Shown here piece after piece: positions 26,194-35,923 of a stretch of DNA of 64,000 nt. Origin of the DNA: Acidimicrobiia bacterium. Lineage in GTDB: Bacteria; Actinomycetota; Acidimicrobiia; IMCC26256; CAWATG01. Location of the stretch: NCBI GenBank assembly GCA_046331155.1, contig JAXLRK010000001.1, positions 1,029,335 to 1,093,334 of the forward strand. Direction: 5' to 3'. The stretch's first letter is position 1; each line of letters starts with the position of its first letter. Made by a program: the position numbers and the translations under genes. Under the pieces are notes generated by a model, which saw only the letters and a program-made list of their open reading frames with translations, searched no databases and was not told the DNA's origin.

Positions 26194-27048
26194 ATGATCG
26201 AACAGACCGACTCCGCCGGCTCGGGCAAGGCGCAGACCGACGCGCTCATCGAGGAGTTCACCCAGCTCCCGGTCCGCCCGGGCGTCGGAATGCAGCTGCT
26301 GTGGATGCTCGACGACGAGAACAGCTCGGCCGCGATGCTCGGCGCCCTCGTCGAGACCGACCCAGCCCTGTCGACCCGCATGATCAGGCTGGCGAACTCC
26401 TCGTACTACGGCATGCGCGGCCGGGTCGCCTCGGCTCAGCGCGCCGTGATCGTGATCGGCCTCGCCACCGTCCGGGCCCTGGCCACCTCGGCGATCTTCG
26501 ACCTCTTCGCCGAGAAGGGCCGCGCCGTCCCGGACGACTTCTGGCCGCACTCGCTCACCACCGCGGCAGCGGCGTCGACCCTTGCCGGCCGGGTCGGCCT
26601 CGACGTCAGCGACGCGTTCAGCACCGGGCTGCTGCTCAACCTCGGGACGGCGCTCGTGTTCCGGCGGGCTCGCCGCCGCTACGAAGGTGTCGTGCAACGG
26701 GTCGCCGAGGAGGGCATCACGCTCACGCAGGCCGAGCGCGAGGAGTTCGGCCTGTCGCACGCCGAGGTCGGCGCGGCGGCGCTCGACCTGATGAGCTTCC
26801 CGATCGATGCCGTGCGAGCCGTCCGCGACCACCACAGCACGCCGGTTCTCGACACGCCGATGTTCACCAGGGTCTGCGCCGGCGCGAGCCTCCTCGCCCA
26901 CCTCGTCGAGAACTCGCCGCAGGAGTCCGACGAGGTGCCGATGGCCCTGCTCCAGGAGTTCGGCGTCGGCGAGGACAACCTGGCCGCCGTGGTCGACGAG
27001 GTGCGTCTGCACGTGGAGGCGCTAACCGGCTTCATGACCGTCGGCTGA
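26194..27048 (+). CDS. HDOD domain protein
   Basis: LPVRPGVGMQLLWML...DPALSTRMIRLANSSYYG...VIGLATVRAL... matches the HDOD pattern. An alternative in-frame GTG at 26119 overlaps the acyltransferase stop (GTGA). Confidence 0.8.
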   Translation: MIEQTDSAGSGKAQTDALIEEFTQLPVRPGVGMQLLWMLDDENSSAAMLGALVETDPALSTRMIRLANSSYYGMRGRVASAQRAVIVIGLATVRALATSAIFDLFAEKGRAVPDDFWPHSLTTAAAASTLAGRVGLDVSDAFSTGLLLNLGTALVFRRARRRYEGVVQRVAEEGITLTQAEREEFGLSHAEVGAAALDLMSFPIDAVRAVRDHHSTPVLDTPMFTRVCAGASLLAHLVENSPQESDEVPMALLQEFGVGEDNLAAVVDEVRLHVEALTGFMTVG

Positions 27049-27063
27049 ATCAGACGGTCGCCC

Positions 27064-27540
27064 TCACTCGGCCGCAGGGTGCCTGCGACCGCCCTGCGCG
27101 ACGTTCGGGACTCCGTGCTCGCTCGCCTGCGCTCGCTCGCCTGGTCGAGGGGCCTGCGGGAGGCCGTCCAGGATCTGGTCAGTCCAGCTGACGTCGGGTC
27201 GGGGCCGCCGACGCGCCGCGAGCTCGTCGGGAACCTCGATCTCCATGCGAACGAGCGCGCCGCCGAGGGTCTTGCCGAGGTTGTCCGAACGAAGCGACAA
27301 CGGTCCACCGCCGCCGAGCGCGCCGTCCATCACGAAGTTGAGCGCCAGGACGTTTCGTGCCTCGTAGCGCACGACGGCGCCCCGCACCATCGTCGCGAAG
27401 TGCGCCTTGACCCGTTCCGGCGTCACCTCACGGGCGAGCAGGTCGTAGACCTCGTCGTCGTACGCGAACAGCGCGACGTTGGAGATGTCGCCCTTGTCGC
27501 CGGCGCGGTAGGCGCACAGCTCGTGGAGGCGGAGCTTCAC
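27064..27540 (-). CDS. Small partner protein of AtuA-like/DUF1446 enzymes (DUF4387-like, assignment from memory)
   Basis: The GTG overlaps the upstream stop (GTGA at 27537-27540). The conserved core is LCAYRAGDKGDISNVALFAYDDEVYDLL...VRYEARNVLALNFVM. Confidence 0.65.
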   Translation of the reverse strand: MKLRLHELCAYRAGDKGDISNVALFAYDDEVYDLLAREVTPERVKAHFATMVRGAVVRYEARNVLALNFVMDGALGGGGPLSLRSDNLGKTLGGALVRMEIEVPDELAARRRPRPDVSWTDQILDGLPQAPRPGERAQASEHGVPNVAQGGRRHPAAE

Positions 27541-28913
27541 GCGACCTCCTCGACCGTGACGGTGACCCCGGCGTCGACGAGCGACTTGTCGACGAGCGTC
27601 GGCCAGATGCCGAGCAGCTCGCTGGTGGAGCCGCCCATCCCACGACCCATGCCGGTCATGCCGGCCGGTGCCGCCGACAGCGTGAGCGGCACGAGCTCGC
27701 GCGGCACCGCGGCCGCCGCGGCGCGGTCCGAGCATCGCCATGCGGCCCGGAGCGCGACCTCGGGGGGCTCGGCCGCGCCGCGGTCGGGTACCGTCGGGCC
27801 GCCCAGTGCGTCGACGCCCCAGTACTCGAAGCACCACTCGTCGACCGTGATGCCGGCCATCTCGACCCGCTTCGCGAAGAGCGCCGCGGTGACCCGTGCC
27901 TTCTCGTACGCGTCGGGCCACGAGAACGCGACCCGTGCCTCCCCCGCCCAGCCGGCGTGGTACGCGAAGAGCGCCTTGTAGGAATCGGTGGCGGGCGCGC
28001 CCCGGGTGTCCGTCACGCGCACGCGGTCGTCGCCCAGGTCCTCGAACCTCGCGGCGGTGAAGTCGCTCACGACGTCGGGGCCGAGGTAGCGGGTCGGGTC
28101 GTGCACCTCGTACAGCAGTTGGTGGCGCACGGTGTCGACGCTCACCCGTCCCCCCGACGCCCGGGGTTTCGTGACGACCGCGGTTCCGTCGGCCTCCACC
28201 TCGGCGATGGGATACGGGAGGTCCCACGGGTGCGGGAGCTCCCACCACCCGTCGCCGCTGAAGTTGCCGCCGGCGACCTGGCCCGAGCACTCGAGCAGAT
28301 GGCCGACGAGCATCCCGGAGGCCAGGCGGTCCCAGTCGTCCCAGGCCCAGCCGTGCTCGTGGACCAGCGGGGCGAGGAACAGGGCCGCGTCCGCGCAGCG
28401 GCCGGTGACGACGACGTCCGCCCCCTGTGCGAGCGCGTCGACGATGGGCCGGGCCCCGAGGTACGCGGCGGCGAAGAGCGGCGCGGACGGCATCGAGTCG
28501 AGCGGCGCACCGGTGTCGAGATGGGCGAGCGGGGCACCGGCCTCACGCAACGCCGGGAGCCTCGTCATGAGGTCGTCGCCGAGGACGGTCGCGACCTTGA
28601 TGCCGGTCACGCCGAGTTGCCTCGCGGTGTCGATCGCGGCGCGGGCCGCGCCGGCCGGGTTGATGCCGCCGGCGTTGGTGATCACCTTGGTGCGGCCGGC
28701 GGCGATCGCGGGGAGCGCGGCACCGAGGTAGAAGGGGAGGTCCTTGGTGTAGCCGCGGGTCTCGTCGCGCTGGCGGTCCTTCTGGAGGATCGCCAACGTC
28801 AGCTCGGCCAGGGCCTCGAGGCACAGGTAGTCGACGCCGTCGTCGACCAACCCGGCGACGGACCGCGGCGTGTCGCCGTAGAACCCCTGCCCGCCCGCGA
28901 CGCGGATCGTCAT
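27537..28913 (-). CDS. AtuA-like protein (DUF1446, acyclic terpene utilisation family)
   Basis: 458 aa. N-terminus IRVAGGQGFYGD and the CLEALAELT...VITNAGGINP pattern. Confidence 0.8.
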   Translation of the reverse strand: MTIRVAGGQGFYGDTPRSVAGLVDDGVDYLCLEALAELTLAILQKDRQRDETRGYTKDLPFYLGAALPAIAAGRTKVITNAGGINPAGAARAAIDTARQLGVTGIKVATVLGDDLMTRLPALREAGAPLAHLDTGAPLDSMPSAPLFAAAYLGARPIVDALAQGADVVVTGRCADAALFLAPLVHEHGWAWDDWDRLASGMLVGHLLECSGQVAGGNFSGDGWWELPHPWDLPYPIAEVEADGTAVVTKPRASGGRVSVDTVRHQLLYEVHDPTRYLGPDVVSDFTAARFEDLGDDRVRVTDTRGAPATDSYKALFAYHAGWAGEARVAFSWPDAYEKARVTAALFAKRVEMAGITVDEWCFEYWGVDALGGPTVPDRGAAEPPEVALRAAWRCSDRAAAAAVPRELVPLTLSAAPAGMTGMGRGMGGSTSELLGIWPTLVDKSLVDAGVTVTVEEVA

Positions 28914-28923
28914 CGTCGTGTCG

Positions 28924-30360
28924 TCACGCGTGGACGACGGGCCGGCGATCGGCCCAGGGGCGGGCGCGCTCGAGCTGGGCCGCCACGCGGAACAGGACGT
29001 CCTCGCGACCGTAGGCCGCGGTCAGCTGCACGCCGATCGGGAGGTTGCTGGTCGAGAAGTAGAGCGGGACCGACATCGACGGCTGTCCCGTCACGTTGAA
29101 CGGCGCCGTGTACACCGCGTACGACACGGCCCGTCCGGCGCTCTCGAGCGGGTTGTCCCGATCGGCCAGGAACCCGAGTGGCGCGGGCGGCGCGGCCATG
29201 GTGGGCGTGAGGAGCAGGTCGAATTGGTCGTCGCTCCACCACGAGGCCATGCGCCGCGTCCACGCCCGGGCCGCGTCGAGCGATTCCAGGTACTGCACGC
29301 CGGTGATGCTTCGCCCGGTCTCCGCGTACGTCCACGTGAGCGGCTCGACGTCGTCCGCGGTCACCGGCCGCCCGGCCCGCTGCCCGATCGCGTCGAGGTC
29401 GGCGAGCAGCGAGGTCATGAGGATCACCATGAACCAGTCGAGCAGGCCGGGATCGTCGAGCGCGGCCGGGGACGTGACCTCGACGGTGTGCCCGAGGTCC
29501 TGCAACAAGCGGGCGGCGTCCTCGGCCGCGGCGGCGCACTCGACGTCGGTCTCGGCGACCCCCGAGGGCGTGTGCACGCGCAGGCCGACGCGAAGCCGGC
29601 CCGGTTCGGCGCCCACCTCCTGCACGTAGGCGCGTTCGGGTTCCGGTGCCGTGTACGGGTCGCCGGGCATGTACCCGCGCACGGCGTCGAGGAGCGCCGC
29701 GCTGTCACGGACCGACCGGGTGAGGACGTGGCGGTTGACCAGCCCGGCCCAGGCCTCGTGCTCGTCGGGCCCGAACGAGACCCGCCCCCGGGACGGCTTG
29801 AGGCCGAACAGCCCGCACGCGCTCGCCGGGATGCGGATCGAGCCCCCACCGTCGCCCGCGTGGGCGACCGGCACCATGCCGGAGGCGACCGCGGCGGCAC
29901 TGCCGCCGCTCGACCCGCCCGGGCTGTGGTCGGTGCTCCACGGGTTGCGGGTGGCGCCCTTCACGACCGGCTCGGTGGTGGGCTGGAGACCGAACTCGGG
30001 CGTGTTGGTCTTGCCGACGATGACGAAGCCGGCCTGCTCGAACTTCCCGAACAGGTAGCTCGACCGGTCGGGATGCCAGTCGATCGCCTCGAGCAGCCGG
30101 TTGCCCTGGTGGCACGGCGCGCCGGCGAGGTAGCCGTCGAGGTCCTTGACGAGCATCGGCACGCCCCGGAACGGGCCGTCCGCCGGGTTGGCGCTCGCCG
30201 CCCGGGCCCGGTCGAAGAGCGGGTGGACGACCGCGTTGAGCTCCGGGTCGAGCGTCTCGATACGGGCGATCGCGGCGCCGACCAGCTCCCCGGGCGACAC
30301 GCCGCCGGAACGGACCAGCTCCGCCTGCGCGGTGGCGTCGAGGAACGCGAGGTCGGTCAT
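28924..30360 (-). CDS. Amidase (amidase-signature family)
   Basis: 478 aa from ATG 30360. The [14 protein letters not shown] signature and Lys/Ser-cisSer context (KDL...GKTN) are present. Confidence 0.9.
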   Translation of the reverse strand: MTDLAFLDATAQAELVRSGGVSPGELVGAAIARIETLDPELNAVVHPLFDRARAASANPADGPFRGVPMLVKDLDGYLAGAPCHQGNRLLEAIDWHPDRSSYLFGKFEQAGFVIVGKTNTPEFGLQPTTEPVVKGATRNPWSTDHSPGGSSGGSAAAVASGMVPVAHAGDGGGSIRIPASACGLFGLKPSRGRVSFGPDEHEAWAGLVNRHVLTRSVRDSAALLDAVRGYMPGDPYTAPEPERAYVQEVGAEPGRLRVGLRVHTPSGVAETDVECAAAAEDAARLLQDLGHTVEVTSPAALDDPGLLDWFMVILMTSLLADLDAIGQRAGRPVTADDVEPLTWTYAETGRSITGVQYLESLDAARAWTRRMASWWSDDQFDLLLTPTMAAPPAPLGFLADRDNPLESAGRAVSYAVYTAPFNVTGQPSMSVPLYFSTSNLPIGVQLTAAYGREDVLFRVAAQLERARPWADRRPVVHA

Positions 30361-30415
30361 GGCGCCGAACGCTAGGGCTCGTCGCGGCGCGCCGTCCAAG
30401 TGCGAGGATGTCGGC

Positions 30416-30787
30416 ATGCCCGTGCCCGCCGAGGACCGGCCGCCCGTGGAGCACGACATCCACACCGGCGACCTCCCACCGCTGCCGCAGCGCGATTCCT
30501 TGATTCCGGCGACGCGCTGGGTCGAGGCTCCACCGGAGCTGCTGGCGCTCGGTGCGGACTTCGGCGTGCATCTCGTCACGTACAAGCGCCGCATCGGCCG
30601 CTTCCTGCTGTGGCGCGCGGGCCCGGCCGCGAAGGCCGACGCGCGGTACATGGCCTTCGACGCCGACAACCTGTCGGTGCGCTACACGTTTCGCCTGTGG
30701 CCCGACGGCCGCGGCGAGGGCCTCGGTGCCGACGGCGAGGTGCACGACCGGTTCCGTACGTGGAAGGAGTCGTTGCGCGACGCCTGA
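30416..30787 (+). CDS. Hypothetical protein
   Basis: 123 aa from ATG 30416, mostly GC3-rich. No family recognised. Confidence 0.5.
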   Translation: MPVPAEDRPPVEHDIHTGDLPPLPQRDSLIPATRWVEAPPELLALGADFGVHLVTYKRRIGRFLLWRAGPAAKADARYMAFDADNLSVRYTFRLWPDGRGEGLGADGEVHDRFRTWKESLRDA

Positions 30788-30855
30788 CCATGGACGGCGA
30801 GCGCGCCGGTTGTTACGTTCGCGGCGCGAGTTGGATCCGAGCGGAGGTGGAGATC

Positions 30856-31260
30856 ATGGCGGCGATCGAAGAAGTCGAGGGGATCGGCCCGGCCTACGCC
30901 GAGAAGCTTCGGGCCGCGGGTGTCGCGACCACCGACGCGCTCCTGGAGCTCGGAGCGTCGTCGAAGGGACGTGAGGAGCTCGCGACGAAAGCGGGGGTCT
31001 CGGCCAAGCTCATCCTCGAATGGGTCAACCACGTCGATCTCTTCCGCGTGAAGGGCGTCGGCTCTGAATACGCCGACCTGCTCGAGGCGGCCGGCGTGGA
31101 CACGGTGCCGGAGCTCGCGCAGCGGAATGCGGCGAACCTCGTGGCGAAGATGGCCGAGGTGAACGCGGCGAAGTCGCTCGTCCGGCAAGTTCCGTCGGAG
31201 AAATCCGTGGCCGGCTGGATCGAGCACGCCAAGACGCTGCCGAGCGTCGTCACGCACTGA
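30856..31260 (+). CDS. DUF4332-like helix-hairpin-helix protein
   Basis: 134 aa. GGAGGTGGAG SD. Repeated HhH-like segments IEGIGPAYAEKLRAAGV and VKGVGSEYADLLEAAGV. Confidence 0.75.
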   Translation: MAAIEEVEGIGPAYAEKLRAAGVATTDALLELGASSKGREELATKAGVSAKLILEWVNHVDLFRVKGVGSEYADLLEAAGVDTVPELAQRNAANLVAKMAEVNAAKSLVRQVPSEKSVAGWIEHAKTLPSVVTH

Positions 31261-31266
31261 CGGCGT

Positions 31267-32439
31267 TCACCGCAGCTCGCGCCGGAGGATCTTCCCTCCG
31301 GGCGATCGGGGGATCGACTCCACGAACCGGAGCTCGCGGGGCAGCTTCGGGGCGGCGAGCCGGTCGCGCGCGAACGAGCGGAGCTCCTCGAGTCCGAGCG
31401 GTGCGAGGTGGTCCGCGGTCACCACGTAGGCGACGACGCGTTCACCCCACTCGTCGTCCGCGACTCCTCCGACGCACACGTCGCGGATGGCCGGGTGCTC
31501 GGCGAGCACGTGCTCGACCTCGGTCGGGCTCACGTTGACGCCACCGCTCTTGATCATCTCCTTCTTGCGGTCGACGATCGTCAACGTGCCGTCGCCGATC
31601 TCGCCGATGTCGCCCGTGCGGAACCAGCCGTCGTCGGCGAACGCGGCCGCGGTGTCGTCGGGCGCCAGCCGGTACCCACGCGTCACCATCGGGCCACGCA
31701 ACAGCACCTCGGCGTCGTCCTTGACCAGACGAACGTCGAGTCCCCGGATCGGCCGTCCGTCGAGCACACACCCGCCCCAGGTCTCGCTCAGGCCGTACGT
31801 CTCGACGACGCGCGCGCCGCGTGCGTCGGCCCGGGCGCGTACTGCTGATGGGGTCGGCGCGCCGCCGACGACGATGCGCCGGAACTCCTCGATCGGCGCC
31901 CCGGCCTCGAGCATCCGGTGGAGGGTGGTCGGCACGAGGGAGACGATCGTGGTGCCGTCGTCACGAGCGGAGCGCGCCACGGCGTCGAGGTCGAAGCCGT
32001 CGTGCACGGTGACCGGGTTGCCGGTGACCATGGCGCGGGCGAGGATCGCCAGGCCGGCGACGTGATGGAAGGGCAGGCACGCGAGCCACCGGTCGTCGGG
32101 CGTCACCCCGAGCACTTCCGAGACGCCATGACCCATCGCGTCGAGGCCGTCGCGCGTGAGCTCCACGCCGCGCGCCTCGCCGGTGGTCCCCGACGTCGCG
32201 ACGACCGCGGCCGTGCCGGCCGGCACGGGCACGCCACCCTCGAGCGGCCGGCGGCCGCCCTCGTCGAGCAGCTCCGTGGGGCGCAGTCGGGCCAGGAGCC
32301 GGTCGGTCTCGGCGGCGGGCGCGGCGGGGTCGAGCGGCAGCACCGCCTCGCCGTCCTGCCAGGCCCGGGTGATGGCGGGTGCGGCGAGCCGGGGGCGGAG
32401 GCGGACGGCCAGGAGGGTGGTTTCGGCTGGTCCGGGCAT
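31267..32439 (-). CDS. menE: O-succinylbenzoate-CoA ligase
   Basis: 390 aa from ATG 32439. AMP-binding motifs [19 protein letters not shown] and KSGGVNV. Short actinobacterial MenE form in a men cluster. The longer track ORF is an upstream read-through. Confidence 0.85.
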   Translation of the reverse strand: MPGPAETTLLAVRLRPRLAAPAITRAWQDGEAVLPLDPAAPAAETDRLLARLRPTELLDEGGRRPLEGGVPVPAGTAAVVATSGTTGEARGVELTRDGLDAMGHGVSEVLGVTPDDRWLACLPFHHVAGLAILARAMVTGNPVTVHDGFDLDAVARSARDDGTTIVSLVPTTLHRMLEAGAPIEEFRRIVVGGAPTPSAVRARADARGARVVETYGLSETWGGCVLDGRPIRGLDVRLVKDDAEVLLRGPMVTRGYRLAPDDTAAAFADDGWFRTGDIGEIGDGTLTIVDRKKEMIKSGGVNVSPTEVEHVLAEHPAIRDVCVGGVADDEWGERVVAYVVTADHLAPLGLEELRSFARDRLAAPKLPRELRFVESIPRSPGGKILRRELR

Positions 32440-32505
32440 CGACCGCCACGGTACCGTAGGAGCGATCACTCCCACAGTTCGGCCGCCGTCCCGCCCGTGG
32501 GCCGC

Positions 32506-33387
32506 ATGCCAGGAGACGCCGTGAAGCAGCTGCCCCGCCTCGAAGAGACCCGAACCGTCCGCCCGGGCGCCGATTGGAAGCCCGGTTCCGACCGGGAATG
32601 GTCGGACATCCGCTACGAGACGGCGGAGGGCATCGCCAAGATCACGATCAACCGGCCCGAGGTCCACAACGCCTTCCGGCCGCGGACGCTCTTCGAGCTG
32701 CGCGATGCCTTCGAACTCGCTCGCGACGACCCCGAGGTCGGAGTGGTGATCCTCACCGGCGAGGGACCGGAGGCGTTCTGCTCGGGTGGCGACCAGCGGA
32801 TCCGCGGCGACGACGGGTACGTCGGCGACGACGGCATCGGCCGGCTCAACGTCCTCGACCTCCAGGTGCAGATCCGCCGGTGCCCGAAGCCGGTCGTCGC
32901 GATGATCGCGGGCTACGCGATCGGCGGTGGTCACATCCTCCATCTGGTGTGCGACCTGTCGATCGCCGCCGACAACGCGCGCTTCGGCCAGACCGGTCCC
33001 AAGGTCGGCTCGTTCGACGGCGGTTACGGCTCGGGCCTGCTCGCGCGCGTCGTCGGGCAGAAGAAGGCGCGCGAGATCTGGTTCCTCTGCGAGCAGTACG
33101 ACGCCGACGAGGCGCGCGACATGGGGCTGGTGAACACGGTGGTGCCCCTGCCCGAGCTCGAGGAGGTGACCGTCGACTGGTGCCGGCGCATGCTCGAGCA
33201 CTCGCCGCTCGCGCTGCGGATGATCAAGGCGGGGATGAACGCGGCCGACGACGGGCTCGCGGGCATCCAGCAGCTCGCCGGCGACGCCACGCTGCTCTAC
33301 TACATGAGCGAGGAGGCCCAGGAGGGCAAACGGGCCTACCTCGAGAAGCGCCGCCCGGAGTTCGACCGCTTCCCCAAGCGCCCGTGA
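32506..33387 (+). CDS. menB: 1,4-dihydroxy-2-naphthoyl-CoA synthase
   Basis: Crotonase fold with [32 protein letters not shown] and [14 protein letters not shown]. The start at ATG 32506 is tentative. Confidence 0.92.
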   Translation: MPGDAVKQLPRLEETRTVRPGADWKPGSDREWSDIRYETAEGIAKITINRPEVHNAFRPRTLFELRDAFELARDDPEVGVVILTGEGPEAFCSGGDQRIRGDDGYVGDDGIGRLNVLDLQVQIRRCPKPVVAMIAGYAIGGGHILHLVCDLSIAADNARFGQTGPKVGSFDGGYGSGLLARVVGQKKAREIWFLCEQYDADEARDMGLVNTVVPLPELEEVTVDWCRRMLEHSPLALRMIKAGMNAADDGLAGIQQLAGDATLLYYMSEEAQEGKRAYLEKRRPEFDRFPKRP

Positions 33388-33539
33388 GGATGGATGAAAC
33401 GGGCATCAACCGACTCCCGAGACGATGGTCGGCTGGAGCGGCGAGCGGCCCGCAGGGCGGGCGCAGGTACCCTGCGCCCGAGCGAGCGCGACCGGAAGGT
33501 CAGATGCCTCTTTCACGAGACATCGGGCGTAGCGCGTGA
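33384..33539 (+). repeat. Intercistronic element with 51-codon mini-ORF bridging menB and menA (family-A-related architecture)
   Basis: GTG 33384 overlaps the menB TGA 33385-33387. Its TGA 33537-33539 overlaps the menA GTG 33536. It has a 10-bp hairpin CGGGCGCAGG-TAC-CCTGCGCCCG (33458-33480) and a GAGCGAGCG motif shared with family A. Confidence 0.7.
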
Positions 33540-34399
33540 AGTTGTGGATCGCGGGTGCAAGGCCGCGGACGCTCGGGGCGGCGCTGGCGCCGGTCGTGGT
33601 CGGGACGGCCGCCGCGTACCAGGACTCGGGGTCGATGGTCTGGTGGCGGGCGGGTGCGGCCCTCGTCGTCGCGCTCGCGATGCAGGTGGGCGTCAACTAC
33701 GCGAACGACTACTCCGACGGCGTGCGCGGCACCGACCGCGAGCGCAAGGGCCCGGTGCGCCTCACCGCAACGGGTCTCAAGTCGCCCGCCGCGGTGCGCA
33801 ACGCGGCGGCGATCTCGTTCGGCGTCGCGGCGATCACCGGCCTCGCACTGGCGGTCGCGGTGGATCTGCGGCTCCTGGTCGTCGGTGCGCTCGCGATCGC
33901 GGCCGCGGTCCTCTACACCGGTGGGCCGAAGCCGTACGGCTACTCCGGGTTCGGCGAGGTCTCCGTGCTGGTGTTCTTCGGCTTCGTCGCCACCGCAGGC
34001 TCGGCGTACGTCCAGCACGCGTACGTGCCCGCCGCAGGATGGTGGGGGTCGCTGGTCGTCGGCCTCCTCGCGTGCGCGATCCTGCTCGCGAACAACATCC
34101 GCGACGTGCCGACCGATCGCGAGACCGGTAAGCGGACGCTCGCCGTACGCATCGGCGCCGACCGAGCCGCGCGGCTGTACGCCGCGTGCGTCGCCGGGTC
34201 GTACCTCGCGATCGTCGCGATCGGCGTGTCCGTCCCGTGGGCGCTCCTCGGGCTCGTGACCGCGCCGCTCGCGGTCCGGCCCGTCCGTGTCGTGTGGACC
34301 CGTCGCGACCCGCCGTCGCTCGTCGCCGCGCTCGTCGCCACCTCGCGCCTGGAGATCCTGACCGCGCTCGCCCTCGCGACCGGGCTCGTGGTCTCGTGA
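33536..34399 (+). CDS. menA: 1,4-dihydroxy-2-naphthoate polyprenyltransferase
   Basis: 287 aa. UbiA-family polytopic protein with NYANDYSDGVRG (NDxxD) motif. Confidence 0.92.
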   Translation: MKLWIAGARPRTLGAALAPVVVGTAAAYQDSGSMVWWRAGAALVVALAMQVGVNYANDYSDGVRGTDRERKGPVRLTATGLKSPAAVRNAAAISFGVAAITGLALAVAVDLRLLVVGALAIAAAVLYTGGPKPYGYSGFGEVSVLVFFGFVATAGSAYVQHAYVPAAGWWGSLVVGLLACAILLANNIRDVPTDRETGKRTLAVRIGADRAARLYAACVAGSYLAIVAIGVSVPWALLGLVTAPLAVRPVRVVWTRRDPPSLVAALVATSRLEILTALALATGLVVS

Positions 34400-35232
34400 G
34401 TTGGCGTGGGAACGAGCATCGGCTCCGCATCGGCGAGCGGGCCGTCACGCTGATCGACGGTCCGGCCGGCTGGGGCGAGTGCTCGCCGCTGCCGGGCTAC
34501 CCGTGCGACCCGGACCGGGCCCGCCGGGCGGCGGACGAGGCGGCCACCGTCGAGTTCCCGCCGCCGGTTCGGGACCGGGTGGCGGTCAACGCGCTCGTGA
34601 CGGATCGCGTCGAGCCGTCCGCGCTGCTCGGTTACTCCTGCGTCAAGGTCAAGGTGCGGACGGCAGCGGATCTGGACCTGGTCGCCGAGGTGCGAGACAC
34701 CGTCGGCCCGCGCGTCGGCATCCGCGTCGACGCCAACGGCGCGTGGGACGTCGACACCGCGGTCGAGATGGTCGGGCGGCTCCGGCGATTCGGCCTCGAG
34801 CTCGTGGAGCAGCCCGTCGCCACCATCGAGGATCTCGCTCGGGTACGACGGCGGGTCGGCGTCCCGATCGCCGCCGACGAGTCCGTCCGGTCGGTCGACG
34901 ACGCGCGTGAGCTCCGCCGGCTCGACGCGGCCGACGCGGTGGTGCTCAAGGTGCAGCCGCTCGGCGGGGTGCGCGCCGCGCTCGAGATCGCGCTCGCGGC
35001 CGGCGTGCCGGCCGTCGTGACGTCGATGTACGAGACGTCCGTGGGGCTGTCCGCCGGGCTCGCGTTGGCCGCGGCGCTGCCCGAGCTCCCCTTCGCGTGC
35101 GGGCTGGCGACGCTCGACCGGATCGCGGGCGACGTCGTGCGCGCCCCGCTGCGGCCCGTCGACGGCGTGCTCGCCGTTCGCCGGCCGGTGCCCGACCCCG
35201 AGCTGCTCGCCCGCTACGAGGTGGCGCCGTGA
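34396..35232 (+). CDS. menC: o-Succinylbenzoate synthase (enolase superfamily)
   Basis: The GTG overlaps the menA stop (GTGA). KVKV...VDANGAW...LVEQP...IAADES metal-ligand pattern. Confidence 0.85.
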   Translation: MSWRGNEHRLRIGERAVTLIDGPAGWGECSPLPGYPCDPDRARRAADEAATVEFPPPVRDRVAVNALVTDRVEPSALLGYSCVKVKVRTAADLDLVAEVRDTVGPRVGIRVDANGAWDVDTAVEMVGRLRRFGLELVEQPVATIEDLARVRRRVGVPIAADESVRSVDDARELRRLDAADAVVLKVQPLGGVRAALEIALAAGVPAVVTSMYETSVGLSAGLALAAALPELPFACGLATLDRIAGDVVRAPLRPVDGVLAVRRPVPDPELLARYEVAP

Positions 35233-35912
35233 GCCCAGCTTCCCAGCAGCTCGGCGATCGCGTCGGGGTGTTCGAGGTGCGCGGCGTGGCCCGCGCCCTG
35301 CACGACGGCGACCTCGGCGTCGGGGATCGCGTCGTAGAAACGGCGCGCCAGACCGGTGAACTTCGTGTCGAGCGAGCCGGCCACGATCAGCACGGGCATC
35401 GACAGCTCGCCGAGGCGGTTCCACAGCGGCTCCTGCAACCCGGAGCTCAGCGTGCGCAGCATCGACGCCAGCTCCTCGGCCGTGTGGCGATGACGATCCT
35501 CGAGATCGGAGTCCTCGATGGTGAGCGAGGCGAACAGGGGCTGGGCGAGCCAGCGCAACAGGAACGCGTCGACCCCGTCGCGCTCGATCTCCTTGGCGAG
35601 CTGGCAGTCGGCCTCGTACCGGGTGAGGCGTTCGGCCGGGTCGTCGATGCCGGCCGAGGTGCTCACGAGCACGAGACCCCGCACCAGGTCGGGGCGGTCG
35701 AGCGCCAGGCGGAGGCAGAGGCGCCCGCCCATCGAGTACCCCACGTAGATCCCCTCACCGCCGGCGTCGCCGAGCGCGCTCGCGGTGGCGGCGAACTCGA
35801 GGCCGACGGGAATGTCGAGCGCGGTTGGCTCGACCTCTTCGGGAAGTCGCATCATCACCGGTGCCCACGACTTGGCGGTCTGGGTGAATCCGTGCACGAG
35901 TATCAGCCGCAT
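35214..35912 (-). CDS. menH: 2-succinyl-6-hydroxy-2,4-cyclohexadiene-1-carboxylate synthase (alpha/beta hydrolase)
   Basis: 232 aa. LVHGFTQ, GYSMGG and GHAAHLE triad context, in a men cluster. Confidence 0.8.
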   Translation of the reverse strand: MRLILVHGFTQTAKSWAPVMMRLPEEVEPTALDIPVGLEFAATASALGDAGGEGIYVGYSMGGRLCLRLALDRPDLVRGLVLVSTSAGIDDPAERLTRYEADCQLAKEIERDGVDAFLLRWLAQPLFASLTIEDSDLEDRHRHTAEELASMLRTLSSGLQEPLWNRLGELSMPVLIVAGSLDTKFTGLARRFYDAIPDAEVAVVQGAGHAAHLEHPDAIAELLGSWAHGATS

Positions 35913-35923
35913 ACCGGGATCCT

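Noticed and set aside
31918-32505. Long upstream extensions of menB (from 31918) and menE (to 33201)
   Set aside because: Each extension is antisense to the other gene's conserved coding region. Family homology starts at 32506 (menB) and 32439 (menE).
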